In this document: piece after piece, positions 38,856-47,161 of the stretch
How positions within the stretch are numbered: the first letter of the stretch is position 1
Layout: every line of letters starts with the position of its first letter
IMG/VR virus record: IMGVR_UViG_3300021963_000021
Span: 299,944-363,943 of that record
Reading direction: 5' to 3' (one strand)
Length of the DNA: 64,000 nucleotides
Program-made: the position numbers and the translations under genes
Notes under the pieces: model-generated
The model's input: the letters and a program-made list of their open reading frames with translations, nothing else
Databases searched by the model: none
What the model was told of the DNA's origin: nothing

Positions 38856-39305
38856 ATGAAGCTGTTCGGACGTAGTAGTGGATACTACCTATTCTGGACA
38901 GGCTTTGTATATTTCTGGGTGGGCATGTATCTTGCGTTCACGCAGGCTGCTCGCCCAGAAATTGCCACACTAGGATTTATACTGGCTCTTAGTGTACCGC
39001 TTTGGTGTCCGCCAGTTGCTCGTCATTTCAATATGGAGCCTTTGATGTTTGATTTTTTTAAGAAAAGAGATTATTCTAACGTAGTCAAGTTTCCAGAAGC
39101 TAAAGAAGTTCCCTACGTCGAACCTCCTAAGGAAAAAGAAAAACCTACCCATACGTACTATCGGTTAGGACTTACTGACAATAACCGTGTTAGCTTTACG
39201 ATGGGCTATAGTGAAATTACTATGAATGCCGCAGGTATTGACAGTATGATTAAACTGCTAGAAACCTATCGAGATATGTTAAACGAAGAGCATGATGGTG
39301 AGTAA
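38856..39305 (+). CDS. membrane protein
   Basis: Two N-terminal TM segments. Confidence 0.6.
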   Translation: MKLFGRSSGYYLFWTGFVYFWVGMYLAFTQAARPEIATLGFILALSVPLWCPPVARHFNMEPLMFDFFKKRDYSNVVKFPEAKEVPYVEPPKEKEKPTHTYYRLGLTDNNRVSFTMGYSEITMNAAGIDSMIKLLETYRDMLNEEHDGE

Positions 39306-39592
39306 TGCTACAACTAAGATTTGAACTAAAGAATCCTTGGTCTAAAGATCGTTTTAAGAATCTAGGCTGTGTCAGCGGACGCATTTCCAAGAATAAAGCG
39401 TGGGAATTAGAACACACATTCTATGATGGTCTCATAGCAGACTGTGAGTTTAAGTTCACGACCAAAGAAGATCATGCTGGTCTAAACATTATGATAGGTG
39501 TTCTAGGCTACGCTGTTCATTTCAGCATCTACGATACTAGACACTGGGACTACGAAAACAACTGTTGGCAAGTTTATGAAGATTTGCGCTAG
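39305..39592 (+). CDS. hypothetical protein whose TAG stop lies inside the tRNA
   Basis: 95 aa; ends GATTTGCGC-TAG, with GCGCTAG as the tRNA acceptor 5' strand. Confidence 0.7.
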   Translation: MLQLRFELKNPWSKDRFKNLGCVSGRISKNKAWELEHTFYDGLIADCEFKFTTKEDHAGLNIMIGVLGYAVHFSIYDTRHWDYENNCWQVYEDLR

Positions 39593-39660
39593 AAGCCTAA
39601 TGGTCAGGCACGGGTCTCTAAAGCCCAGGATAGCAGGTTCGATTCCTGTCTAGCGCACCA
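39586..39660 (+). tRNA. amber suppressor tRNA (anticodon CUA)
   Basis: Acceptor GCGCTAG/CTAGCGC + ACCA; D-arm GCCT/AGGC; anticodon arm GGGT-CTCTAAA-GCCC (CTA at 39618-39620); T-arm GCAGG-TTCGATT-CCTGT. Confidence 0.85.
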
Positions 39661-39666
39661 CAAATT

Positions 39667-39876
39667 ATGGAAGTGACACGCATATATGACGGAGCAGATT
39701 GTTACCCCTGGCGAGAAGTTCGTGCTTGGTGGCCAGTTAAAACAATCGGTGGCCGATACATTTGGGGCAGCAAAGTCTACAAGCGTAGATTCTGGGCAGT
39801 ATGGGGTACAGGGTTCCATATGGAGCCAGAAGTTGAGTACGCAGAACTATTTGAGATATTAAAATATGAAGATTGA
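39667..39876 (+). CDS. hypothetical protein
   Basis: AWWPVKTIGG motif similar to ORF 2529-2795 (FAWKPVKVTSG). Confidence 0.55.
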   Translation: MEVTRIYDGADCYPWREVRAWWPVKTIGGRYIWGSKVYKRRFWAVWGTGFHMEPEVEYAELFEILKYED

Positions 39877-40324
39877 AACAGCCGAAATAACTCACATCTT
39901 TCCTACAGAAGTTTGGTTTGAAAAAGACTTCATGGGAACTGTTCATATTAAGATACAACACATGGCTCCTGGTACTGAGCCATTTACCTTTGTCACTATC
40001 AACTATGACTATGCCTATACCAGCAATAGTCACCAACGAGACTTTGCTAAAAAGATTGGCGAACTACTAGGACAGCCAGATATACAAGAGCGACCCTGGG
40101 TCATGCCCGATAGCTGGAAACAGGACCTGGAAGACCTACAGGATGTTGAATGCCATTGTTATAACTGTAACAAAGATGTAAAAACTAAATCTGGGTGGCC
40201 TTTGGTTATGACGCAGATGATCGTTTGTCCCGAGTGCGGCAATAAACGTTGTCCACACGCAACCGATCACAGTCTAGAATGTAGTAAATCAAACGATCCA
40301 GGACAGCCCGGAAGTAGATACTAA
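39866..40324 (+). CDS. hypothetical protein with C-terminal Zn-finger
   Basis: CHCYNC, CPECGNKRCPHA. Confidence 0.65.
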   Translation: MKIETAEITHIFPTEVWFEKDFMGTVHIKIQHMAPGTEPFTFVTINYDYAYTSNSHQRDFAKKIGELLGQPDIQERPWVMPDSWKQDLEDLQDVECHCYNCNKDVKTKSGWPLVMTQMIVCPECGNKRCPHATDHSLECSKSNDPGQPGSRY

Positions 40325-40572
40325 TGAATGTTCTAAAGATGACTCCCGAAGAAGCACAAGCCTTTATTAGAAGAATAATGGGTCCACCTAAGCGTAGACT
40401 CGAAGGCTCAGAACATGACAAGGTATGGCTGCTGTTACAAATGACAGAACCTGTGCGTGAAACCAACAATCAACACAGCTGGTGTGCTGAATATAACATT
40501 GGAGGAATAATGTATGATGTACATTATTTCCCAAACCAAGATCCGTTCATTGAGGTGTATCTAAATGATTGA
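40324..40572 (+). CDS. hypothetical protein
   Basis: Coupled ORF. Confidence 0.55.
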   Translation: MNVLKMTPEEAQAFIRRIMGPPKRRLEGSEHDKVWLLLQMTEPVRETNNQHSWCAEYNIGGIMYDVHYFPNQDPFIEVYLND

Positions 40573-40876
40573 TTATTTCGAAGCACTGAAAGAAATGCAT
40601 CAAGGCAAGGTTGTCAAATATGTTGGCACTGTAAATGGCAATGTGATGAGCGACCGTGGTGCCAGTTTCTGTATGTGCCGTGGTTGTATCTTTTTATTCG
40701 ACAACGGTGTAATCAAATGGAACAAGTTGGGATACATGGTTTACGATCCAGATTACAGATATGAACTAACCGGCGAAACTGTAGATCCAAGAGCGTGGAA
40801 ACCAGAAAAGAAAACGGACCGTAAAGAGATTAAATCAAAGTTAGGCTACAGTCGTATAGGAAGGAACAATGTATGA
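40565..40876 (+). CDS. hypothetical protein
   Basis: Coupled ORF. Confidence 0.55.
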   Translation: MIDYFEALKEMHQGKVVKYVGTVNGNVMSDRGASFCMCRGCIFLFDNGVIKWNKLGYMVYDPDYRYELTGETVDPRAWKPEKKTDRKEIKSKLGYSRIGRNNV

Positions 40877-41172
40877 ACGAACGAATCAAAGAACTCTGGG
40901 TCAAGGCTGCTGACTCTACAGCCGCTTTTCCTAGTGGACAAAATAATTCTTGGGAAACTCAGGTAAATTTTATGGAAAAGTTCGCCGAGTTGATTGTTCA
41001 GGAATGTGTTTCTATTGTAGATGATGCCGAACGAGGCGGTAGCAATGAAATCTGGGACAATGCGGTGAAGTTTATTAAACGAGATTTACAAGAACATTTC
41101 GGACTTGGATTGGCAACTGAAGATAAAAAGACCCTAATCAAAGAATTACTAGGAGTGAAAAATGTTCAATGA
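40873..41172 (+). CDS. hypothetical protein (MNERIKEL...EKFAELIV family)
   Basis: Recurrent phage motif. Confidence 0.6.
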   Translation: MNERIKELWVKAADSTAAFPSGQNNSWETQVNFMEKFAELIVQECVSIVDDAERGGSNEIWDNAVKFIKRDLQEHFGLGLATEDKKTLIKELLGVKNVQ

Positions 41173-41347
41173 ACACTTTAAAAATCAAATAGAGCAAGGT
41201 GCTAAAGAGATGTTTTTCTATGCACTTGAAAATGCAGATCAAACTCGAGTAGAAATCAAAAGCCATAAAGGCACTATTGATACGTTTCCCGATCTAGAAT
41301 ATATTCGCCATTTAAGTGATGGCGTGCCGTTATTCAAGAATAAATAA
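41162..41347 (+). CDS. hypothetical protein
   Basis: 61 aa. Confidence 0.5.
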   Translation: MFNEHFKNQIEQGAKEMFFYALENADQTRVEIKSHKGTIDTFPDLEYIRHLSDGVPLFKNK

Positions 41348-41423
41348 ATTTGTAGCGGGTGCTACAAACCAACACTCTTTAAACACTAGGTACTTAGAGT
41401 GTGTACCGTAACAAGGAGAAAAC

Positions 41424-42146
41424 ATGATGTATGAATCAAAGCTCGCCGCGGCTATCAAAGTAAACGGCAAAGTCCTCCGTGAATTCAAGGACACAGTCTA
41501 TATTCCATTTGCCAGTGAATATAGCATTCTACTAAAAAATCTCAATACAACTAGAGCAGTGGTCAATGTGTTCATTGATGGCGAAGATATGGTGCCTGGT
41601 GGTATCGTTCTTAACGCTGGACAGGAAGTTGATCTAGAACGTTCTGTAAAAAACGGCAATCTCAACGAAGGCAACAAGTTTAAGTTCATCGAGCGTACAG
41701 GTGCTGTAGAACAGCATCGCGGAGTTAAACTAGAAGACGGTCTTGTTCGTGTAGAGTTCCAGTTTGAACAGCCGTATCGCCCAATCTGGAATACTTCTAA
41801 TATCTCAGGAGGTATCTATCCACAGGGCAGCATCTTAAGAAGCAGCGATGTTTCTTACAGCACCAACGCTTCACTGAACTCTGTGACGGCTTCTGCTACA
41901 TCTGCTACCTTCGATGCTGGCATCACTGTGCCAGGCTCAAAGAGCGAACAGAAGTTTTCTACTACCTATGTAGGCACATTAGAAAGTGTTAAACATAGCA
42001 TAGTATTCCGTCTACTAGGCGGAGAAGCTGTTAAAGAAGCTGTGACTGTTAAGCATAAACCAAAATGTGTTACCTGCGGCAAACAGAACAAAGCCACTGC
42101 CAAGTTCTGTACCGAATGTGGCACTGCTTTGGAAATATTCGCTTAA
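41424..42146 (+). CDS. hypothetical protein with C-terminal zinc ribbon
   Basis: CVTCG...FCTECG; RBS AAGGAG. Confidence 0.75.
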   Translation: MMYESKLAAAIKVNGKVLREFKDTVYIPFASEYSILLKNLNTTRAVVNVFIDGEDMVPGGIVLNAGQEVDLERSVKNGNLNEGNKFKFIERTGAVEQHRGVKLEDGLVRVEFQFEQPYRPIWNTSNISGGIYPQGSILRSSDVSYSTNASLNSVTASATSATFDAGITVPGSKSEQKFSTTYVGTLESVKHSIVFRLLGGEAVKEAVTVKHKPKCVTCGKQNKATAKFCTECGTALEIFA

Positions 42147-42153
42147 AAATCAC

Positions 42154-42192
42154 GCAGCGGGTCTTGACAGGTCCGCTGCTTTCACTTATACT
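42154..42192 (+). promoter_or_regulatory. terminator hairpin whose loop is the -35 box of the next promoter
   Basis: GCAGCGGGTC-TTGACA-GGTCCGCTGC then TTT; -10 TATACT at 42187-42192. Confidence 0.7.
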
Positions 42193-42226
42193 GTATAGAC
42201 ATAAACAACTTCATAGAAAGACACAC

Positions 42227-43294
42227 ATGACTTACTTTCTTAAAATGGGCACCACTTTCCGTGTCAGCACCAAAGAAGCTCTTGACCTACATGAGCAACT
42301 GCCTGCTGGCAACTACGTGGTTAAGAAAGACGAAATGACTGGACAACTGTTCTTGGAACAGATTGACAAGTTCGAGTTCAAAGGCAAGATCTACGGCGAT
42401 GCTAATCGTCGTGCTGAACGTATCCTTAACACATTTATGGATCGAGATAACAGCACTGGCGTTATGCTCAACGGTGAGAAAGGTTCAGGCAAGACTCTGT
42501 TGGCTAAGACGCTGAGTATCAAAGGCTACGACATGGGCATTCCTACTATTGTTATCAATGCTCCTTGGTGTGGTGACAAGTTCAATGCGTTCATTCAAAT
42601 GATTGAACAGCCTGTGATTATCATCTTTGACGAGTTTGAAAAGGTCTACGATGAGCAGGAACAGGAACAGATGCTGACATTGTTGGATGGTGTTTACCCT
42701 TCAAAGAAAATGTTTGTATTAACCTGTAACGACAAATGGCGTGTAAACAGCCATATGCGTAATCGTCCTGGTCGTATCTTTTACTCACTGGAGTACAAGG
42801 GTCTTGAAGAAGACTTTATTCGTGAGTACTGCGAAGACAATCTCAATGCTAAAGAGCACATCGAAAAGATCGTGGGCATCGCTGGCACGTTTGATCAGTT
42901 CAACTTCGACATGCTGAAAGCCATGGTCGAAGAAATGAATCGATACAACGAGACTCCGCAAGAAGTCATGATCATGATCAATGCTCGTCCTGAGTACAGC
43001 AACACCAGCCGTTACGCTGTCAAGTTGGTGCGCAATGGTGAAGAGCAGGACATCGAGTTCCGCGAGTGGGAAGGCAATCCTTTGACCAAACACATTTCTA
43101 TCGACTACAAGGTCGTGGAAAACAAAGGTACAGAGGAAGAAGAATGGGACTGGAACAATGTTCGATTCACTCCTGCGGATCTCAAGAAGATCGACGATGC
43201 TGGACAGAAGTTTGTGTTTGCCAACGCAGATGGGTCACAACTGGTGCTTCAGAAAGCCAAAGAGAAAGAATACCGTTACTGGGACGCTTTCTAA
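42227..43294 (+). CDS. AAA+ ATPase
   Basis: GEKGSGKT, IIFDEFEK, RNRPGR; start MTYFLK at 42227 after RBS GAAAG. Confidence 0.9.
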   Translation: MTYFLKMGTTFRVSTKEALDLHEQLPAGNYVVKKDEMTGQLFLEQIDKFEFKGKIYGDANRRAERILNTFMDRDNSTGVMLNGEKGSGKTLLAKTLSIKGYDMGIPTIVINAPWCGDKFNAFIQMIEQPVIIIFDEFEKVYDEQEQEQMLTLLDGVYPSKKMFVLTCNDKWRVNSHMRNRPGRIFYSLEYKGLEEDFIREYCEDNLNAKEHIEKIVGIAGTFDQFNFDMLKAMVEEMNRYNETPQEVMIMINARPEYSNTSRYAVKLVRNGEEQDIEFREWEGNPLTKHISIDYKVVENKGTEEEEWDWNNVRFTPADLKKIDDAGQKFVFANADGSQLVLQKAKEKEYRYWDAF

Positions 43295-43296
43295 TA

Positions 43297-43319
43297 AAAG
43301 CCCCGCAAGGGGCTTTTTT
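43297..43319. terminator. bidirectional terminator
   Basis: aaagcccc-gcaa-ggggcttt. Confidence 0.8.
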
Positions 43320-43491
43320 ATTCTCTACCCCAATTGATGTTTAACCATGCTCTTTCGTGTATGTAATGTAATACAGTCAATACAATGTTGGCCATGATTG
43401 CTCCGCTCCATCCTGCCCATATCGCAGTAATCAGTGTTGCTATGATTCTCCAGCATATTGCTCTTGCTATAGTCCGTTTGTGTGTTTCCAT
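43318..43491 (-). CDS. DUF2061-like small membrane protein (not in ORF track)
   Basis: METHKRTIARAICWRIIATLIT...YIHERAWLNINWG. Confidence 0.75.
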   Translation of the reverse strand: METHKRTIARAICWRIIATLITAIWAGWSGAIMANIVLTVLHYIHERAWLNINWGRE

Positions 43492-43528
43492 TTATACTCC
43501 AATAAAAAAGCCCCTTCCGGGGCTTTGA

Positions 43529-44203
43529 TTAATTTTTCTTTCTTATCTCTGTTCGGTAATACTGTTTAGCAGTAAGAATAACAGCACCAACAAATGGTAA
43601 TATCTTTTCTACAAAATCATGTAGTGGGTCATTCCATTTGTCAATAAAAGGTTCGTGTACTATCATATTGCCTGCCACATAGTATAAAACAAAAGCACCA
43701 ATGTAAATTGTGCTAGGATATTTATCAAGTATGTTAGCGACTAACGTGCTACCAAACAAGATGATAGGTACACTAATTAGTAGTCCAGCGATGATTAAAA
43801 TCCAATTACCACTTGCGGCACCTGCGATTGCTAGTGCGTTATCTAAGCCCATGACAGCATCTGCCATTACGATTGTGCCCATTGCTCCCCAGAATGTTGT
43901 AGCAGCTCTGACATTACTATGATCGTTGTTGTTAGAAGTTAACTTCCAAGCGATGTAGATCAACGCAAGTCCGCCGACTAGTCTTAGCCCAGGAATCATT
44001 AGCAAATATGTAAGAGCCGCAACACAGGCAAAGCGAACACCTACAGCACCAAAGGTACCCCAAAGCATAGCTCGTTTACGTAGGGGTTCTGGTAGTTGTT
44101 TAGACGCCATTGCTATAACCAGTGCGTTTTCGCCTCCTAGTACAACGTCTATTAAGATGATGGCTATTAAAGCCCATAAGAATTGAAGTGAGAGAATTTC
44201 CAT
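43529..44203 (-). CDS. TerC/YjbE family membrane transporter (putative Mn2+ efflux)
   Basis: IDVVLGGENALVIA, ADAVMGLDNALAIAGAA, multiple TM helices. Confidence 0.92.
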   Translation of the reverse strand: MEILSLQFLWALIAIILIDVVLGGENALVIAMASKQLPEPLRKRAMLWGTFGAVGVRFACVAALTYLLMIPGLRLVGGLALIYIAWKLTSNNNDHSNVRAATTFWGAMGTIVMADAVMGLDNALAIAGAASGNWILIIAGLLISVPIILFGSTLVANILDKYPSTIYIGAFVLYYVAGNMIVHEPFIDKWNDPLHDFVEKILPFVGAVILTAKQYYRTEIRKKN

Positions 44204-44220
44204 AAGTTTCCTTTAAATTT

Positions 44221-44306
44221 ATGGTCTCGTCTCTTTGTCTACACACCGGGCTTGCGCCGTGATGACGATGTATAAAACCTTTTCAGGTTGACTACTCCCC
44301 AGGAAA
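44221..44306 (-). ncRNA. yybP-ykoY manganese riboswitch
   Basis: Minus strand TGGGGAGTAGTC...ATCGTCATCACGG-CGCAAG-CCCGGT...GACGAGACCA matches the GGGGAGUAG/CGUCA/CGGU/CRAGACC landmarks; sits between TATAAATA and the TerC RBS. Confidence 0.82.
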
Positions 44307-44349
44307 TATTTATAATAAGTAACATAGACATTAACAAAAGGAGATTAAC

Positions 44350-44928
44350 ATGTCAAAATAGATTGAATATGCTTGTAAGGACATAGTGTTTCACTTTAAC
44401 AAGAAGCACTTAGAAGATCAGACCATTCCCATGTGGGTCTTAAAATTCCATGGCGAAACCCTGTATGTAAATCACGTTGATTGTACTGTTGCTTGGTCAA
44501 CAAAAGAAACGCCTGATAACACACATACCAAAGGCAGCATCAAAGTCAAAGACGTACTGCTACGTATCAATGATGCCAACGAAGCCCAAATATCTCAATT
44601 AACACTGGTAGACAAGTTTAGGTTACGAAACCAAAAGCTGGGTATCACACGAGTGATGTTTAGCCCTAATGTCGCATTCCATAAAGCTCTACAGAACAAC
44701 GAGTTCAAGCATGGTCCGTTGAAACACATCCGTGGTGCTTGTGCCAGTTCGTTCGTGATCACTGATCTCACTGTGAAATCAGAAGTCACTATGGCCCTGT
44801 TAAAGTACAGCAACCAATTTAGGATTGTACAGCCCAACGAAACTTATTATCAGCAGTATGACAATGTCAAGGGCGAGAACCTACATGTGGATTATGGACA
44901 TCCTAGCACACCTTTTGAGTACAGTTAA
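44350..44928 (+). CDS. conserved phage protein with in-frame TAG at codon 4 (MSK*IEYACKDIVFHFNKKH...)
   Basis: RBS AAAAGGAG 7 nt before ATG 44350; TAG 44359-44361; same frame as ORF-track GTG 44386, which has no comparable RBS. Confidence 0.7.
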
Positions 44929-44991
44929 CTTGACAGTTTGATAATATGAGCATATAATTAAACATCGTAACAAATCTTTGAAAGGTACATC

Positions 44992-45441
44992 ATGGCCAGA
45001 GGTCGAGCACAACTTCCTGAAAAGCTAGAACGCATTATGGTACAGGCCACTCTCACAGGCTTGACCACTGCTGACATGATCAAGATCGCTAATCGTATGC
45101 GAGCCCTAGACGAAGAACGTCGTCAACGTGCTGACATCGATGAAACTATTGCGGGCTACACCTGGACAGCGATCAAAAGTGGTTGGCGAATTGTTGGCAC
45201 TGAAGGCCATGTGTTCGACTGTATCCGTAGTGTCAAGCGTCGACGTGAGCAATGGCGTGGACTAGAAACAGTTTGGACTATCACTGTGACTAAACCAGGA
45301 ACTCGATACAAGACCCGCGAGATCAAGGATAGATCACTGCGCATTGGCCACGACTGGAAGAAGCATATGATGCCCGAAACCAGCAAAGATCTCTATGCGT
45401 TGATCAGATTCATCGGCGGCACTAACTGGAGTCAAGAATGA
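44992..45441 (+). CDS. hypothetical early protein
   Basis: Promoter TTGACA/TATAAT at 44930-44958, RBS GAAAGG. Confidence 0.7.
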   Translation: MARGRAQLPEKLERIMVQATLTGLTTADMIKIANRMRALDEERRQRADIDETIAGYTWTAIKSGWRIVGTEGHVFDCIRSVKRRREQWRGLETVWTITVTKPGTRYKTREIKDRSLRIGHDWKKHMMPETSKDLYALIRFIGGTNWSQE

Positions 45442-45541
45442 ACGGCGATGGAGCATTTTTTGGCACAATCTTAGCTATGATGGCTCTGCTGTTTGGGCAC
45501 CCTGTTGCTGCGGTGTTTATTTTTCTAATCGGAGTGCTGGT

Positions 45542-45772
45542 ATGAACATCAAGATCGAAGGACTGACTAAAAAGCAGAAGGCTATCATGGAGATCCTTTG
45601 GAACTGTAACAGCATGGACCAAGCACAGTTGTTCATACGCAGTATGCCCACACATCGTGATCGCTGTGACGCACAGAGCCTTATGATGCTGGCTCTTTGG
45701 GAAACACTGGAGTCCAAAGGCGGCCTAGATGAGTGGGCTGAGTTTGCCAACGAATGGATAGCCACACTATGA
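45542..45772 (+). CDS. hypothetical protein
   Basis: 76 aa. Confidence 0.6.
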   Translation: MNIKIEGLTKKQKAIMEILWNCNSMDQAQLFIRSMPTHRDRCDAQSLMMLALWETLESKGGLDEWAEFANEWIATL

Positions 45773-46116
45773 TCAATTGGGCACAGGGTGTGGAAGATCT
45801 CAAATATGTGGGAATGGTTATTCCGCCAGAATGCCAGCAGAGTCTAGAAAGCTATCTAGTACGAGGATGGGCACCTGGGGGTTTCTTGACCAGTTGCCTA
45901 GCTGGAGATATGTTTCGTGCTGTGCGTGTAGCAGACACAGGCAATCGTCGTATGCTGTGGGCTATCGTTACTTGGATCATGGACAATGCGCCTGAGCATA
46001 GTTGGGGAAGTTATGAACTTGTGGAAGATTGGCAGAACGATAAAGATGGCCGTCGTTCGAATTATGCCTTGGCCTGTGAAAAAACTCGTGTATGGGAGAT
46101 TCTTAAAGATGGATAA
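45769..46116 (+). CDS. hypothetical protein
   Basis: PGGFL...APEHSWGS. Confidence 0.65.
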   Translation: MINWAQGVEDLKYVGMVIPPECQQSLESYLVRGWAPGGFLTSCLAGDMFRAVRVADTGNRRMLWAIVTWIMDNAPEHSWGSYELVEDWQNDKDGRRSNYALACEKTRVWEILKDG

Positions 46117-46348
46117 AGCATTCTGTAAAGACCTATTGTATGCGGGCATAACTGAGCTGATGGAAAACCGCAGATACTACTATACCAGCACTGTGGGTGT
46201 CAACTACAGCCATTGGACCGAAGAAGGCAAACAAGCAGTCAATGAATTGTTGGAGTTGATGACGCCTAAGATACAACAAGCACAGCACAACGAACTAGAT
46301 CGTCGTGCCAAAGATATGGTTATGAAAGAACTTAAGAAATCCAGTTAG
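46109..46348 (+). CDS. hypothetical protein
   Basis: Start MDKAF at 46109; ends TAG. Confidence 0.6.
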   Translation: MDKAFCKDLLYAGITELMENRRYYYTSTVGVNYSHWTEEGKQAVNELLELMTPKIQQAQHNELDRRAKDMVMKELKKSS

Positions 46349-46908
46349 AACCAGTTTGTCACAGCCTGTTTGGCTGATTCCTGTACAGCCCAATCCCACA
46401 TGTTTTCAGGGTCTGTTTCGTAGACAAAGTCTATGCTGGGCTGTGACAGTGTCAGCCAACTGTGACTGGGCTTCCAAGGACCTTCCCCTGATAGCTCGCC
46501 TGTGAGCTGCCCTGGTGCCCATCCAGCATGTCCAAAGTAGGCCTGCCAGTATTCGGGCTGTTCACCAGTCATCATGTATTCAAACATCTTGACATCTGAA
46601 GTCAAACCCAAACGTCCGTCAATGACCTGTGTTTTGTTGGTCTGCCAGTCTAGACTGTGTAGTAGGAACACCACGTGAGGCTGTACAGGTCCACCCCAAT
46701 AGAGCTGATGCTCTGCGATGTTGTCAGTCATGCCATCTACTAGACTGCCCACACAGTGTTCTGAGGGTCTGTTTAGCACTATGCCCATGCTGCCCTGATT
46801 GTCACTGTGATCTGTGAGCATGACCACAGTCTTGTGAAATCTAGTGTCTTTGTTAGTTGGGGGTGCGATCAAACAATCGCCAGGTTTGAGTTGTTGTGTT
46901 TTAATCAT
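46345..46908 (-). CDS. YqgE/AlgH (DUF179) family protein
   Basis: RFHKTVVM, GSMGIVLNRP, WGGPV, GHAGWAPGQL. Confidence 0.9.
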   Translation of the reverse strand: MIKTQQLKPGDCLIAPPTNKDTRFHKTVVMLTDHSDNQGSMGIVLNRPSEHCVGSLVDGMTDNIAEHQLYWGGPVQPHVVFLLHSLDWQTNKTQVIDGRLGLTSDVKMFEYMMTGEQPEYWQAYFGHAGWAPGQLTGELSGEGPWKPSHSWLTLSQPSIDFVYETDPENMWDWAVQESAKQAVTNWF

Positions 46909-47150
46909 TAAGACCAATCTGGTAGGGGACCACCATACTTTTTGCCCTTGATTCGCTTGCCGCGAACCTTGATGCGATCACTGCCGATCTTGTGACTCTT
47001 GCCACCCTCACGACTGCGATAGCCCTGACTCTTACAGCTAGCTAGGTTACTGGCACCCAGAGCTGAGTCAGGCTTGCCCGAAGTGCACAGAGCACGACTG
47101 GCCTTTTCTTCATCTACTGTGAGATCTTGTATGACTTCTGATATACGCAT
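46908..47150 (-). CDS. basic hypothetical late protein
   Basis: MRISEVI start; TAAATA upstream. Confidence 0.65.
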   Translation of the reverse strand: MRISEVIQDLTVDEEKASRALCTSGKPDSALGASNLASCKSQGYRSREGGKSHKIGSDRIKVRGKRIKGKKYGGPLPDWS

Positions 47151-47161
47151 ACAGTTATTTA

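Noticed and set aside
39586-39660. Reading this tRNA as Arg(UCU) or tRNA-Pyl
   Set aside because: The only stem-compatible 7-nt loop is CTCTAAA (anticodon CTA); shifting to TCT breaks the stem. A 5-nt variable loop, 2-nt 8/9 linker and GG/TTC motifs are not Pyl-like, and no pyl genes are present.
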